From IMG/VR virus record IMGVR_UViG_3300038461_000026, positions 1-52,647 of that record: a DNA stretch of 52,647 bases; one strand, 5' to 3'. A program made the translations under genes and the position numbers. Within the stretch, counting starts at the first letter, position 1; each line of letters starts with the position of its first letter. This document shows, in pieces, positions 25,866 to 35,000 of this stretch. The notes below the pieces were generated by a model, which was given only the letters and a program-made list of their open reading frames with translations, searched no databases and was not told the origin of the DNA. The DNA comes from a virus (lineage: Duplodnaviria; Caudoviricetes).

Positions 25866-26811
25866 TTCACCTAGTTTTTATCGTTCCGGGGGAATCGCAC
25901 CCGACTTAAAAAAGCGAATGGATATCGAAATCGATATAAGACAGCCAGACCAAATTATTCTGCATTGGCAGAATCTTCTCCTTTATGATCTTATTATGTT
26001 GCAGCGTCCGTATTTGGATGACATGGTAAGCCTGATGGATTACTGTAAAGACTTAGGTATTCCTCTTTGGGTTGACTATGACGACTATTTACTGGGAGTC
26101 CCGGCAGACAATCATCATTCAGCGACTTATGATCCACATACACGGGAAAACATCAAAGCCTTATTGAAAGGTGCAGATATCGTTTCTGTATCAACAAAAC
26201 CATTAAAGGAAGCTTTCAAGGAATACAATAAGGATATCCGGGTAATCCCTAATGCCTTTAATGATTTTATATTCAAAAAAACAGTATTTCAACCGCAGCG
26301 TCAACGGTTATTCATGTGGAGGGGTGGAGAATCCCATATTTACGATATTATGTCAATGGGAAACGCTTACAACAAAGCGATGAAGGCATATAAAGACTGG
26401 CACTTTCTGTTCATGGGATTCATGCCATGGTATCTTGATCGATCGAGTAATTTCTTTCATCTTGATCCACAAGACGTGATTCATTATCATAAAAACGTCT
26501 TAAAAATGGCTCCTGCAGCCTTTACGGTTCCATTGTATGATAACCTGTTCAATCATTGTAAGTCAAATATTGCTTGGATTGAAGCTTCTTATTTTGGTGC
26601 TGTTTGCATAGCTCCTGATTGGGAGGACTGGCAGGTTCCGGGAGTCTTAAAATACAGTAACGAAGCGGAATTTTCTGCCGCAATAAGTACCATTGCCGAA
26701 GGGTATGACTATTCAAAAGACCTGAAAGCGGCTGCCGATTATATTCGTGGCAATCTGATGTTAAGCGAGGTTAATAAGCTCCGGGAAGATATAATCAAAA
26801 GCCTCCTGTAA
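25828..26811 (+). CDS. Glycosyltransferase, GT-B (GT4-like)
   Basis: SFYRS..P, YDLIMLQRP, WVDYDD, ADIVSVST..L, VIPNA, WRGGESH, PLYDNLFNHCKSNIAWIEAS. Confidence 0.8.
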   Translation: MVKILILTPSRTDSPSFYRSGGIAPDLKKRMDIEIDIRQPDQIILHWQNLLLYDLIMLQRPYLDDMVSLMDYCKDLGIPLWVDYDDYLLGVPADNHHSATYDPHTRENIKALLKGADIVSVSTKPLKEAFKEYNKDIRVIPNAFNDFIFKKTVFQPQRQRLFMWRGGESHIYDIMSMGNAYNKAMKAYKDWHFLFMGFMPWYLDRSSNFFHLDPQDVIHYHKNVLKMAPAAFTVPLYDNLFNHCKSNIAWIEASYFGAVCIAPDWEDWQVPGVLKYSNEAEFSAAISTIAEGYDYSKDLKAAADYIRGNLMLSEVNKLREDIIKSLL

Positions 26812-26812
26812 A

Positions 26813-27880
26813 ATGGAACAATCTGAAATGATACGTCCCACATGGGATTACGGCGACTTCCATAGAAACGAATGGATTAAAAAGGACATTACAGTAATCA
26901 TGTGTGAAAGGGACACGGCAGACGTCACAAAACTTTGTCTTGAATCCCTTCTTCGCTTTTACCCTGATATTCCAATTCTAATAATTGACGGTGGTTCTAT
27001 TGATGAATCGCTTAATTATGTTCACTATCTGGCAGCTACTTATCCAAATATAAGGCTCTGGGAGAGGGGGGGGAGAAACGGACACGGGACAATGCTTGAT
27101 GAAGGGATCAGACACTTTATCAAAACGAGGTACGTTTTGCTTTGTGATAATGATATTATTATTAAGCGCGGTGGATGGATTGAACAAATGCTGTGGGCAA
27201 TTAAGGCATCAGAAGAAGGTTTAAATCCTATTTATACCATTGGTACATTAATGCTTGTTTCAGACTCCGGCGACGGCTGTTCTCCACCAAAAGACGACAA
27301 TGATATTCTAAGGTACACTCACCCTTCCTGTTCAATGATTAACAGGGACCTGTATTTACCAATGAGGCCTTTTGTGGAACACGGCGCACCGCTTGTTTAC
27401 AATATGCAAGATGCAAAACAGCGTGGATATCGTGTTGAAAACTTCCCGATTCATTATTACGTTGCGCACCTGTCTGGCGCAAGCTGGACTGAGCCGAGAA
27501 CGATTTGGAAAGATGATATGGACGTTTTGATTCGGCCGTTTTTTACTTTTATCGCAGACAATGTAAATTTCTGTGGAGACTTACACAGACAGTCTAATAA
27601 AGACTATGAGGTCTTATTTACAGGAGAATCTGAAAAGGCCAGCGTTGTAATACATAATCTTTCTTACTATACGGTTGACAATAAGTTATACCCATTTCGT
27701 TTTCGTGTTCACGGAGAATATATATGTCATCTATTTTCGAATATTGAAGAAATGCCAACTAATTTTATTAAGATTGCCAAGAAGACAGTTATTCATCAGT
27801 TATTCCCCGAGGAGATCACTATTGGTGGGTTTAAATTTGTAAAAAGAAAATTATGGCAGCACCGAGAAGCTTTATTGTAG
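26813..27880 (+). CDS. Glycosyltransferase family 2-like
   Basis: ITVIMC..CLESL..IIDGGSIDES..NGHGTMLDEGI..YVLLCDND (DxD). Confidence 0.85.
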   Translation: MEQSEMIRPTWDYGDFHRNEWIKKDITVIMCERDTADVTKLCLESLLRFYPDIPILIIDGGSIDESLNYVHYLAATYPNIRLWERGGRNGHGTMLDEGIRHFIKTRYVLLCDNDIIIKRGGWIEQMLWAIKASEEGLNPIYTIGTLMLVSDSGDGCSPPKDDNDILRYTHPSCSMINRDLYLPMRPFVEHGAPLVYNMQDAKQRGYRVENFPIHYYVAHLSGASWTEPRTIWKDDMDVLIRPFFTFIADNVNFCGDLHRQSNKDYEVLFTGESEKASVVIHNLSYYTVDNKLYPFRFRVHGEYICHLFSNIEEMPTNFIKIAKKTVIHQLFPEEITIGGFKFVKRKLWQHREALL

Positions 27881-28524
27881 GGTTCATTCATGTTTATATG
27901 GTAAATGAATGGGAGGAGATTTTAATGGAACAGATCAAGTTAATGTCTGACTCTGGCCTTTACAATGAAATGCGCTGTGCCAATATTTGCTGTATTGGAA
28001 CAGAACAGAACATGGAACATCTGAAGGAAATCATAAAGCCGATTACCAAATTACAGTTTGCGGCTTGGAGTTCCAATGCTTCCGAATATGAATTTCTGTC
28101 TTTGCGATTTATAAAGGACGTTTGCGATAGGGGAACTACCTTTTACGGCTTTTACATTCACTCAAAAGGAGTTTCTTGGCCGGGACATGAAGGGGGAAAG
28201 TATTGGAGAGATTATATGAACCACTATATTATTACACGGTGGAAAGACGATGTAAAGATGCTTGACATGGGTCACGAAACCTGTGGAGTGAAAATAGTTC
28301 ACAGGAATTGGCCTTTACATTATTCTGGTAATTTCTTCTGGTTTAAAGCTGAATACGTTAAACTTTGCGTTCCGGTAAGTTCAATGAATCTCAAAGATCG
28401 CTTTAACGCTGAAATGTGGATCGGTTCAGGCAGACCTATTGCCGGAACACTTTGTCAGGACTTTGTTGACTATGATACTAAAGGAATATTCACTGCAAAA
28501 GACGATCAATTACCGGGGAAATGA
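27853..28524 (+). CDS. Putative glycan-modifying/glycosyltransferase-like protein
   Basis: YEFLSL, FYIHSKGVS, WRDYM, HYSGNFFW, AEMWIG: motif set I associate with viral glyco-clusters; context. Confidence 0.6.
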   Translation: MAAPRSFIVGFIHVYMVNEWEEILMEQIKLMSDSGLYNEMRCANICCIGTEQNMEHLKEIIKPITKLQFAAWSSNASEYEFLSLRFIKDVCDRGTTFYGFYIHSKGVSWPGHEGGKYWRDYMNHYIITRWKDDVKMLDMGHETCGVKIVHRNWPLHYSGNFFWFKAEYVKLCVPVSSMNLKDRFNAEMWIGSGRPIAGTLCQDFVDYDTKGIFTAKDDQLPGK

Positions 28525-29072
28525 AAACAATCTTACTGTTCATAACTTTGTTAATAACCTTATCCGGGTATGGTCAGGATGATTGTGGAAAGAATCATTT
28601 AGGATCAGGGAATGTTAATAAAGTATGGCGAAGACCTTTGTTAAATTCAATTTATGGCCTTTATCAAGTAGGTGATAATGGGCTGGGGGTTAGGTACGAT
28701 CACTATATTATAAACAGACTAGGCGCATATGGTTCAACATCCAGAGGGAAATACTGGCTTGCCGGAATGTCAAAATCAGTTCACTATAAATTTGCAGCCG
28801 GAGTAATTGTAAAAACTATTGAAGAAGATCGAGCACGGAACTTTCTTTATGCCGGGGTATCTTATCATAATTTCGATAGTCGGCAAGTAAAGGAGATTAG
28901 TTCAAGTAAGCTTCAATCATTGTCATTTGAAATAGGAACCGGAATAACGGTTGACTTTGGCTTTAGCTTGGAGTTCGGATATGACTTTGGAGAAACGAAT
29001 CAAATATTGGCCTTGGCTGGTCATTTTAAAACTATAATTTATGAGAAATTTATGTTTCACTCTTGGTTATAA
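28521..29072 (+). CDS. Secreted small outer-membrane beta-barrel-like protein
   Basis: Signal peptide MKTILLFITLLITLSGYG-Q; alternating amphipathic strands (GLGVRYDH, FLYAGVSYH, SFEIGTGI, SLEFGYD). Confidence 0.55.
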   Translation: MKTILLFITLLITLSGYGQDDCGKNHLGSGNVNKVWRRPLLNSIYGLYQVGDNGLGVRYDHYIINRLGAYGSTSRGKYWLAGMSKSVHYKFAAGVIVKTIEEDRARNFLYAGVSYHNFDSRQVKEISSSKLQSLSFEIGTGITVDFGFSLEFGYDFGETNQILALAGHFKTIIYEKFMFHSWL

Positions 29073-29841
29073 TCTTACTTCAGAAATAGAAAAGATTATG
29101 ACCCTTCTTTATCAGCAAAACAAGCCAGAAACTTTCCGGCACTTAGTTGTTGATCTTGAATTTCCGCTCGAAGTAGGTAACGTAATCCCGGCTGATATCC
29201 GTGCAGCAAAACACCGTAACAGCAAAAAGCTTCAGGCCTTGGCAAAACGCTTCGGTTCTTCATACGTTAAGTTTGAGAATATTGGAGTATCGCAAAACTG
29301 GACGCAAGTTTATAAGTTTCTGAAGCCTACAGACGATGATGTATTGATAGGGTGCGACCCTGACGAACACCCACTCAATAAGGATTGGGTTAAGGCAATG
29401 GGTGACGTTATCCGGGTTGGTAACTATGGACTTTGTTCGCTTATGATGACAGACCATATAGATTTAATGGGGAATGTTCCATATACAGAAAAAGAGGTTG
29501 CCGGGAAACGGGTTTATAATGCAGCTGCAGGATCATTGAATTGGGCATTAATAGGAATTAGCGGCAAGTTTCTTAATAAGATCAAGGAGATTCCCTTTCC
29601 GGCGGAAGCTCCACGTTACGGATATATCGAAGCCTGTTTATATCCTAAATTTCAGGAATACGGAATGGATTGGTGCGTAATGGCAGACTATCAAGTAAGA
29701 CATACAGACTTTGAACTTCACGATCCCGGCACTTCTTCTTTGCTCCGGGAGTGGAAAAATCAGATAATATTTAAGGTTCATCAATACGGCCAGTTATCAT
29801 TTGAGGAATGGCTAAAAATGAGAAGGGAGAACAGAATATAA
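29041..29841 (+). CDS. GT-A fold glycosyltransferase-like protein
   Basis: HLVVD, NIGVSQNW, VLIGCDPDE (DxD), YGYIE; context. Confidence 0.65.
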   Translation: MRNLCFTLGYNLTSEIEKIMTLLYQQNKPETFRHLVVDLEFPLEVGNVIPADIRAAKHRNSKKLQALAKRFGSSYVKFENIGVSQNWTQVYKFLKPTDDDVLIGCDPDEHPLNKDWVKAMGDVIRVGNYGLCSLMMTDHIDLMGNVPYTEKEVAGKRVYNAAAGSLNWALIGISGKFLNKIKEIPFPAEAPRYGYIEACLYPKFQEYGMDWCVMADYQVRHTDFELHDPGTSSLLREWKNQIIFKVHQYGQLSFEEWLKMRRENRI

Positions 29842-29845
29842 ACCA

Positions 29846-29925
29846 AAGGAAGCGGGGTGGGGTTAACCATTCGAGAGAGTATTAACCACTGTTTTTGTGA
29901 GATTAAACGGCCACTCCGCTTCCTT
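29846..29925 (+). ncRNA. Candidate structured RNA (three-way junction, two GNRA-capped hairpins)
   Basis: 15-bp closing stem AAGGAAGCGGGGTGG/CCACTCCGCTTCCTT; inner GGTTAA..ATTC-GAGA-GAGT..TTAACC and CTGTTT..GTGA..AAACGG. Confidence 0.5.
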
Positions 29926-29962
29926 CATTTGTTTTTATTGTTATTTTACAAGAAAATACAAT

Positions 29963-30394
29963 ATGAAAAACAGACCAACAGGCTTAACTTACACTAAGCA
30001 TAAAGAAAATCCAACGAGTTTTGTAAAGGGATTTACCCCTTGGAATGCAGGGTTAAAGGGAATGGGAATATGTAACCCCACACCCGGTTCAATAAAGAAG
30101 GGAGACAGAATTAGTACCCAAACAGAATTCAAACCCGGCGACAATATTGATAATAATAATCACAAATGGAAAGGAGAACAGGTTGGTTATTATGGAGTTC
30201 ATACATACATGAGGAGAAGGTTAGGAAACGCTGTATCTTGTGTTAGATGTGATACACTTGATTCTAAAAGATATGTCTGGCATAACATAAGTGGAAAATA
30301 CAAAAGAGACATAAATGATTGGGAAAGCCTTTGTTCAAAATGTCATCGGCGATTACATATAGAGTTAAAAAAGAAAGAATTAATACAGATTTAA
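29963..30394 (+). CDS. HNH homing endonuclease-like protein
   Basis: FVKGFTPWNAG, TEFKPG, HKWKG..YYGVH, CVRC..WHNISGKYKRDINDWESLCSKCHRRLH. Confidence 0.85.
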   Translation: MKNRPTGLTYTKHKENPTSFVKGFTPWNAGLKGMGICNPTPGSIKKGDRISTQTEFKPGDNIDNNNHKWKGEQVGYYGVHTYMRRRLGNAVSCVRCDTLDSKRYVWHNISGKYKRDINDWESLCSKCHRRLHIELKKKELIQI

Positions 30395-30395
30395 G

Positions 30396-31307
30396 ATGAT
30401 TTGCATAACAGGAGTTGCGGGTTTTGTCGGAAGTAACATTGCACAACGACTAATAAACGAAGGGCTATTGGTATTTGGAATTGACGACCTTTCCTTTGGG
30501 AATATGAAGAACGTCCCGGAGAATAAGAACTTCCGTTTTGAGAAAATGGGATTTAATGAGTTGCCAGAGCAGACATTAAGGAATGCTGATATTTTGATTC
30601 ATTGTGCGACCTCAAATATTATTTATTCTATGGATCACCCCGTCGAAACCTTCAAGAATAATGCCGGGGATACTATTAAGCTTTTTAATCGCTTTCATGG
30701 GAAGATAATTTATACCGGCACAAGCTCGGTTTATGGAAACACTATGCAACTGCCCACTCCTGAAGATGCGGAAATACTATCCAGTAATGCATACGATATT
30801 TCAAAACATATTGCCGAGCTTTATTTGCAGAAAAGGGGTAACTTCACAACACTCCGATTAACTAACGTGTACGGCAAGAACCAGAGGGCAGACAATCCGT
30901 TTTGCGGAGTTATAGGGAAATTAATTGATTGTGCATTCACAGGCAAAAAATTCACAGTTTATGGAGAAGGGAAAGATACTCGGGATTACACAAATGTTGA
31001 AGATGTTGTGGAAGCTGTACTACAGGCAGTTAAATTACCAGCTATGGAAACTGAAATCAACGTCGGCACAGGAGTCGAAACAAGCACCCTCCAATTAATC
31101 TCCTTAGTCCGGGAGATATGCAATGTTCAGGTTCAGTTCTTTTCAATGCACGGCCGTCCTATTGATAAAATTCATCGCCGTTGTCTTGATATAAGGAAAG
31201 CAAAAACCCTGCTCAATTGGGAACCTCGCTTTACGCTGGCGCAGGGATTACCTATGGCAATAGAATGGTACGCTACAAAAATGGAACCTTCTGCAGTAAG
31301 GATTTAA
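30396..31307 (+). CDS. NAD-dependent nucleotide-sugar epimerase/dehydratase (extended SDR)
   Basis: ITGVAGFVGS, DDLSFG, TSSVYG, YDISK (YxxxK), LRLTNVYG, GEGKDTRDY, NVGTG. Confidence 0.92.
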   Translation: MICITGVAGFVGSNIAQRLINEGLLVFGIDDLSFGNMKNVPENKNFRFEKMGFNELPEQTLRNADILIHCATSNIIYSMDHPVETFKNNAGDTIKLFNRFHGKIIYTGTSSVYGNTMQLPTPEDAEILSSNAYDISKHIAELYLQKRGNFTTLRLTNVYGKNQRADNPFCGVIGKLIDCAFTGKKFTVYGEGKDTRDYTNVEDVVEAVLQAVKLPAMETEINVGTGVETSTLQLISLVREICNVQVQFFSMHGRPIDKIHRRCLDIRKAKTLLNWEPRFTLAQGLPMAIEWYATKMEPSAVRI

Positions 31308-31310
31308 CGG

Positions 31311-32375
31311 ATGCCGGATTATTCGCTTTTATATCGAAAGCTCTTTTTACAGAAACAGGCGAAATTTCTTAACCAGTACGGTAATCTATTCGGTAAGGTG
31401 GCCAATGACGTTTCACAGCTGGTCAACAATCCTTCGGCAAAGTTTGCGAAGGCTTTTCAGTTTAATAAGACTATTGATTCCGGCCTGTCACAGATAATTA
31501 CCACTTTTAACAAAGATTCATTAAAGCTTCAGGTATCGAACATTGAAGGGAGCTGGGGAATTGCAAACCAAAAGAATGACGCAATAGTAAATGAATACCT
31601 TTCCTTACTTGGGAATCTAAAGGAAATAACTGCCAATCCATTATTTGCGGCTTCTGTTAATTTTAGTCCAAACACCAGCGCTTTAGAAGCTTTTATTACC
31701 CGGAAATTCGGTTCGGAGAATCTTTCAGATAGGGTCTGGAAGATTGGCGACCAACTAAGGAACGAGATGGAAATTCACTTGGGGGTCGGAATAATGAATG
31801 GGGATTCTTCGGAAGTTATCAGCAGAAGGATACGACAATACCTGCAAAAGCCTGACGACTTGTTTCGGCGGGTTAAGAATGAGGCCGGACATTTAATCCC
31901 AAGTAATGCAATGACCGAAAACGCACCGGGGAAAGGGGTTTATAATTCAGCTTACAAGAACGCAATGCGTCTGGCAAGAACGGAAACAAACATGGCGTTT
32001 CAACTTGCAGATCATGAAAGGTGGATGAATATGCAGATGGTTACCGGGCAAAGAATTGAGCTTTCGGGCAGTCATCCCGATTATAATTACCCGGAGATAT
32101 GTGAAGAACTTGAAGGCGACTATCCGAAGGAGTTTATCTTTGCAGGCTGGCACGTTCAGTGCTTGTGTCATGTAGTTCCAATCATGATGCCGAAAGACGA
32201 TTTTAGAAGTTTTTTGCGTGGGGAAACGAAAACCATTGAACCTAAACAATTGAAAGATTACCCGTCTAATTTTGAAGCGTACCTGAAAGCCAACGCTGAA
32301 AAGTTTACTTCAGAAAAAAACACACCTTACTGGTTTTCTAATAATGCGGAAATTATAAGAGCTGTAGTTAAATGA
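31311..32375 (+). CDS. Head morphogenesis / minor capsid protein (SPP1 gp7/F-like)
   Basis: LSDRVWK, GVYNSAYKNAMRLARTETNMA, ICEELEGDYPKEFIFAGWHVQCLC. Confidence 0.85.
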   Translation: MPDYSLLYRKLFLQKQAKFLNQYGNLFGKVANDVSQLVNNPSAKFAKAFQFNKTIDSGLSQIITTFNKDSLKLQVSNIEGSWGIANQKNDAIVNEYLSLLGNLKEITANPLFAASVNFSPNTSALEAFITRKFGSENLSDRVWKIGDQLRNEMEIHLGVGIMNGDSSEVISRRIRQYLQKPDDLFRRVKNEAGHLIPSNAMTENAPGKGVYNSAYKNAMRLARTETNMAFQLADHERWMNMQMVTGQRIELSGSHPDYNYPEICEELEGDYPKEFIFAGWHVQCLCHVVPIMMPKDDFRSFLRGETKTIEPKQLKDYPSNFEAYLKANAEKFTSEKNTPYWFSNNAEIIRAVVK

Positions 32376-32487
32376 GTGGAATATTACGAATCCGGTAAGA
32401 TATTCTGGAAGCCGTATCGTCCTATAAGGGAAATTTAACGCTTCCTGACGGCCTCCAATGGGGCAAAAACGAAAGATTTAAATAAAT

Positions 32488-32519
32488 TTGTTTTGTATTG
32501 ATAAAAATGTATAACTTTG
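32488..32519 (+). promoter_or_regulatory. Bacteroidetes-type promoter for scaffold/capsid operon
   Basis: TTG(32488) ... TAACTTTG(32512-32519). Confidence 0.55.
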
Positions 32520-32535
32520 AAAATCTTATCAGATC

Positions 32536-33234
32536 ATGAAAGAGAAAATTTTAACCTACCTGAAATTAAAGCTTGACGGAGTCCAAGTAGCATACTTGGC
32601 AGCGCTCGCTGAAAATTACGCAAAGACAATTACCGACGAAGCTCAAATTGCAATGGTCATCACTGACGGGGCAATTGAAATTATAAAAGCTTCTGCAGGC
32701 CATTTACAGGTGGAAGGCGATAAGAGGGCAGCCGAAGCCTCAAAAACAGCAGTAAAAACTTTCCGGGAGAAGCATAATTTGGATTCTAATGGAAAACCGA
32801 TCGAAACCAAACCGACCGGAGATCCCGATCCTGACCCAGACGAACCGAAATGGGCAAAGGCGTTAAGGGAAAAACTCGAAACACAAACAGCTGAACTCAA
32901 CAAAAAATTCGAAGGCCTTGAGAAAGCCAAAACCCAAGAACAGTTAATGGCGAAATTTCAAGCTAAACTGAAGGAAAAGGGGGTTGACGAACTCTATATT
33001 CCTATTTATTCCCGTAATCTGGTTATCGAATCAGAGGACAAACTTGACCAACTTGTGGAGGACACCGACAAAGTACACAAAGACTTTGTGCAAAAATCGG
33101 CTGACAAGGGGGTTATCATTTCAATTCCGGGTCAAAATGCAGGTCCAGCTGAAGCCGGGGAAGCAACGGGTAAATCCATTGCTGAAAAAAGAAACAAAAG
33201 TGCCACAGAAGGTGTGCCGGGAAAGAAAGTTTAA
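32536..33234 (+). CDS. Capsid scaffolding protein
   Basis: Helical/coiled-coil, DPDPDEPKWAK linker; upstream of decoration and capsid genes. Confidence 0.7.
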   Translation: MKEKILTYLKLKLDGVQVAYLAALAENYAKTITDEAQIAMVITDGAIEIIKASAGHLQVEGDKRAAEASKTAVKTFREKHNLDSNGKPIETKPTGDPDPDPDEPKWAKALREKLETQTAELNKKFEGLEKAKTQEQLMAKFQAKLKEKGVDELYIPIYSRNLVIESEDKLDQLVEDTDKVHKDFVQKSADKGVIISIPGQNAGPAEAGEATGKSIAEKRNKSATEGVPGKKV

Positions 33235-33249
33235 CTTAAAATTCTAAAA

Positions 33250-33849
33250 ATGCAAATAACAACAGATTCCTTTGCAGGGAGAGTAGTCGTGTTTGAATCT
33301 ATACTCGACGAAATACCCGGAGGAGTTGGCTTGAATGTTGCTCGCCTCGACTATGAAACAGCGGGTAAAGAGTACATTCCAGCTGGAACTCCCGTTTATG
33401 TTGATATTGCCACCAGAGTTGCCGAAGTCTGCAAGTCAGCTTTAGCAATTGATGGAGGCGGATCAACGACCCCACGGCTTGGGAAAGATCATCATTTCGC
33501 AGTAGGTGACTACCTTAATGATGGTACAACCGGAGCAAAAATTACCGCACTTGATAAAACAACAAGTGCTGATTACGATACCGCAACTGTCAACACAGCG
33601 CTTACCGTTACTGCCGGAACAAAATATCAGCAAGGCACAGTATCAGGATCAAGCGTTGTTTTGTTATACACTCCAAACGGGATGGTCAAATCTCCGACCA
33701 GATTAGTTGAAGGTAATGCCGATGTTCCTGTTGTAACGATAGGAACTTACCGTGAAGATGCTCTGACATATCCATTAAGTGCTGCTTATAAAATAGCATT
33801 ACGTGGTGGAACAGCCGGAACTGGCAAGTCACTTCTGACGGCTGTATAA
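33250..33849 (+). CDS. Head decoration protein
   Basis: IPGGVGL..YIPAGTPV..KDHHFAVGD; between scaffold and major capsid. Confidence 0.65.
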   Translation: MQITTDSFAGRVVVFESILDEIPGGVGLNVARLDYETAGKEYIPAGTPVYVDIATRVAEVCKSALAIDGGGSTTPRLGKDHHFAVGDYLNDGTTGAKITALDKTTSADYDTATVNTALTVTAGTKYQQGTVSGSSVVLLYTPNGMVKSPTRLVEGNADVPVVTIGTYREDALTYPLSAAYKIALRGGTAGTGKSLLTAV

Positions 33850-33880
33850 CCTCTGTTTAACCTTTTAAAAATTAGAAAAA

Positions 33881-34960
33881 ATGCAAACTCCAATTATTGA
33901 GGGTGTAACAGAAGCCGGATTAGTTTCTTACCTCAAGGCACGTCAGTATTCCGAATTATACTGGCCGACATTCTTCCCGTTGCAAAACGTCAATTCACTC
34001 GACGGCAAAACTCTTATCGGAGCCGTTGGTTCCAGAGTAGCTGCAGCAATCATAAGTTATGATGCCAAAGCACCTGAAGCCAGCAGAAAAAGTATTTCAA
34101 CACAATACTTTGACATACCGAAACTCGCATTGTCCAGAAGGAAAACCGAAAAGGAAATTCTTGAACATCAGATCACCCGCTTATACCGGGGACAGGATGC
34201 AGTCATTGAGGATTATTTCAATGATATCGACTTCCTGTTTGACTCGATTCAGGCAAGAATTGAATGGACAATTTTGACCGCAATGTCAAAAACAAAACTT
34301 CAACTTTCAGCTACCAATAACCCCATGGGTATAATCAATGAAACGGTCATTGATTTCGGAATGCCATCAGCCAACAAAAAAGTTGTTGCTGTAACATGGA
34401 CTACTGGCCATTCTGCCACCATGACACCTTTGGCCGACTTCAAAAAGGTTGTCAAAGCTGGCCGTGATGCTGGCATTTACTTCCAGAGAATTCTTATGCA
34501 CCCGGACGCATTCGATCTGATAACAGGTTGTGATGAGTTCCAGACCGCTTGTAAATCCCTTTTAATTGGTGAAAGCCAAGTTCTTGGGATGATGGGTCTG
34601 GAAACCGTCAACAAAGTTCTCACCTCGTTCCGTCTGCCGTCTATTGCTTTGATCGAAACATCAATCTCAATAGAAGACAAAGCTGGTGATCTGACTGAAG
34701 ATAATCCATGGGACTCAAACCATGTGTTGTTCATTCCGACAACCAGCCTTGGGAACCTATTAAACGGACCAATTGCTGAAGAAATCGAAAGACCTGTGCA
34801 GATCATACAGGCAAAAAGAGGCAACGTCCTGTTAAGCATTCAGCGTGATTTTAACCCTGTTAGTGTTCTGACCAAAGGAGAATGTAATGTTTTCCCGTCA
34901 TGGCCGAATGTTAATATGTGTTATTCTCTTTATTTGGCAAGCGCTGCAACGTGGGCATAG
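33881..34960 (+). CDS. Major capsid protein (HK97 fold, GpE-like)
   Basis: YWPTFFP, AAAIISYDAKAP, DIPKLALSR, IDFGMP, TPLAD; 359 aa. Confidence 0.9.
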   Translation: MQTPIIEGVTEAGLVSYLKARQYSELYWPTFFPLQNVNSLDGKTLIGAVGSRVAAAIISYDAKAPEASRKSISTQYFDIPKLALSRRKTEKEILEHQITRLYRGQDAVIEDYFNDIDFLFDSIQARIEWTILTAMSKTKLQLSATNNPMGIINETVIDFGMPSANKKVVAVTWTTGHSATMTPLADFKKVVKAGRDAGIYFQRILMHPDAFDLITGCDEFQTACKSLLIGESQVLGMMGLETVNKVLTSFRLPSIALIETSISIEDKAGDLTEDNPWDSNHVLFIPTTSLGNLLNGPIAEEIERPVQIIQAKRGNVLLSIQRDFNPVSVLTKGECNVFPSWPNVNMCYSLYLASAATWA

Positions 34961-34965
34961 GATAG

Positions 34966-34985
34966 AGCCGTCAACACGGACGGCT
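34966..34985 (+). terminator. Hairpin after capsid gene
   Basis: AGCCGTC-AACACG-GACGGCT then T-rich tail. Confidence 0.55.
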
Positions 34986-35000
34986 TAATACTTCTTTGAC

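Noticed and set aside
29846-30394. Group I intron or hammerhead ribozyme around the HNH gene
   Set aside because: Flanking genes look intact, the structured part is only ~80 nt, and no CUGANGA/GAAA or group I core motifs are visible
25828-31307. Classical Gtr-type serotype conversion cassette
   Set aside because: No GtrA flippase or multi-TM transferase; the enzymes look soluble and lie within the late head operon
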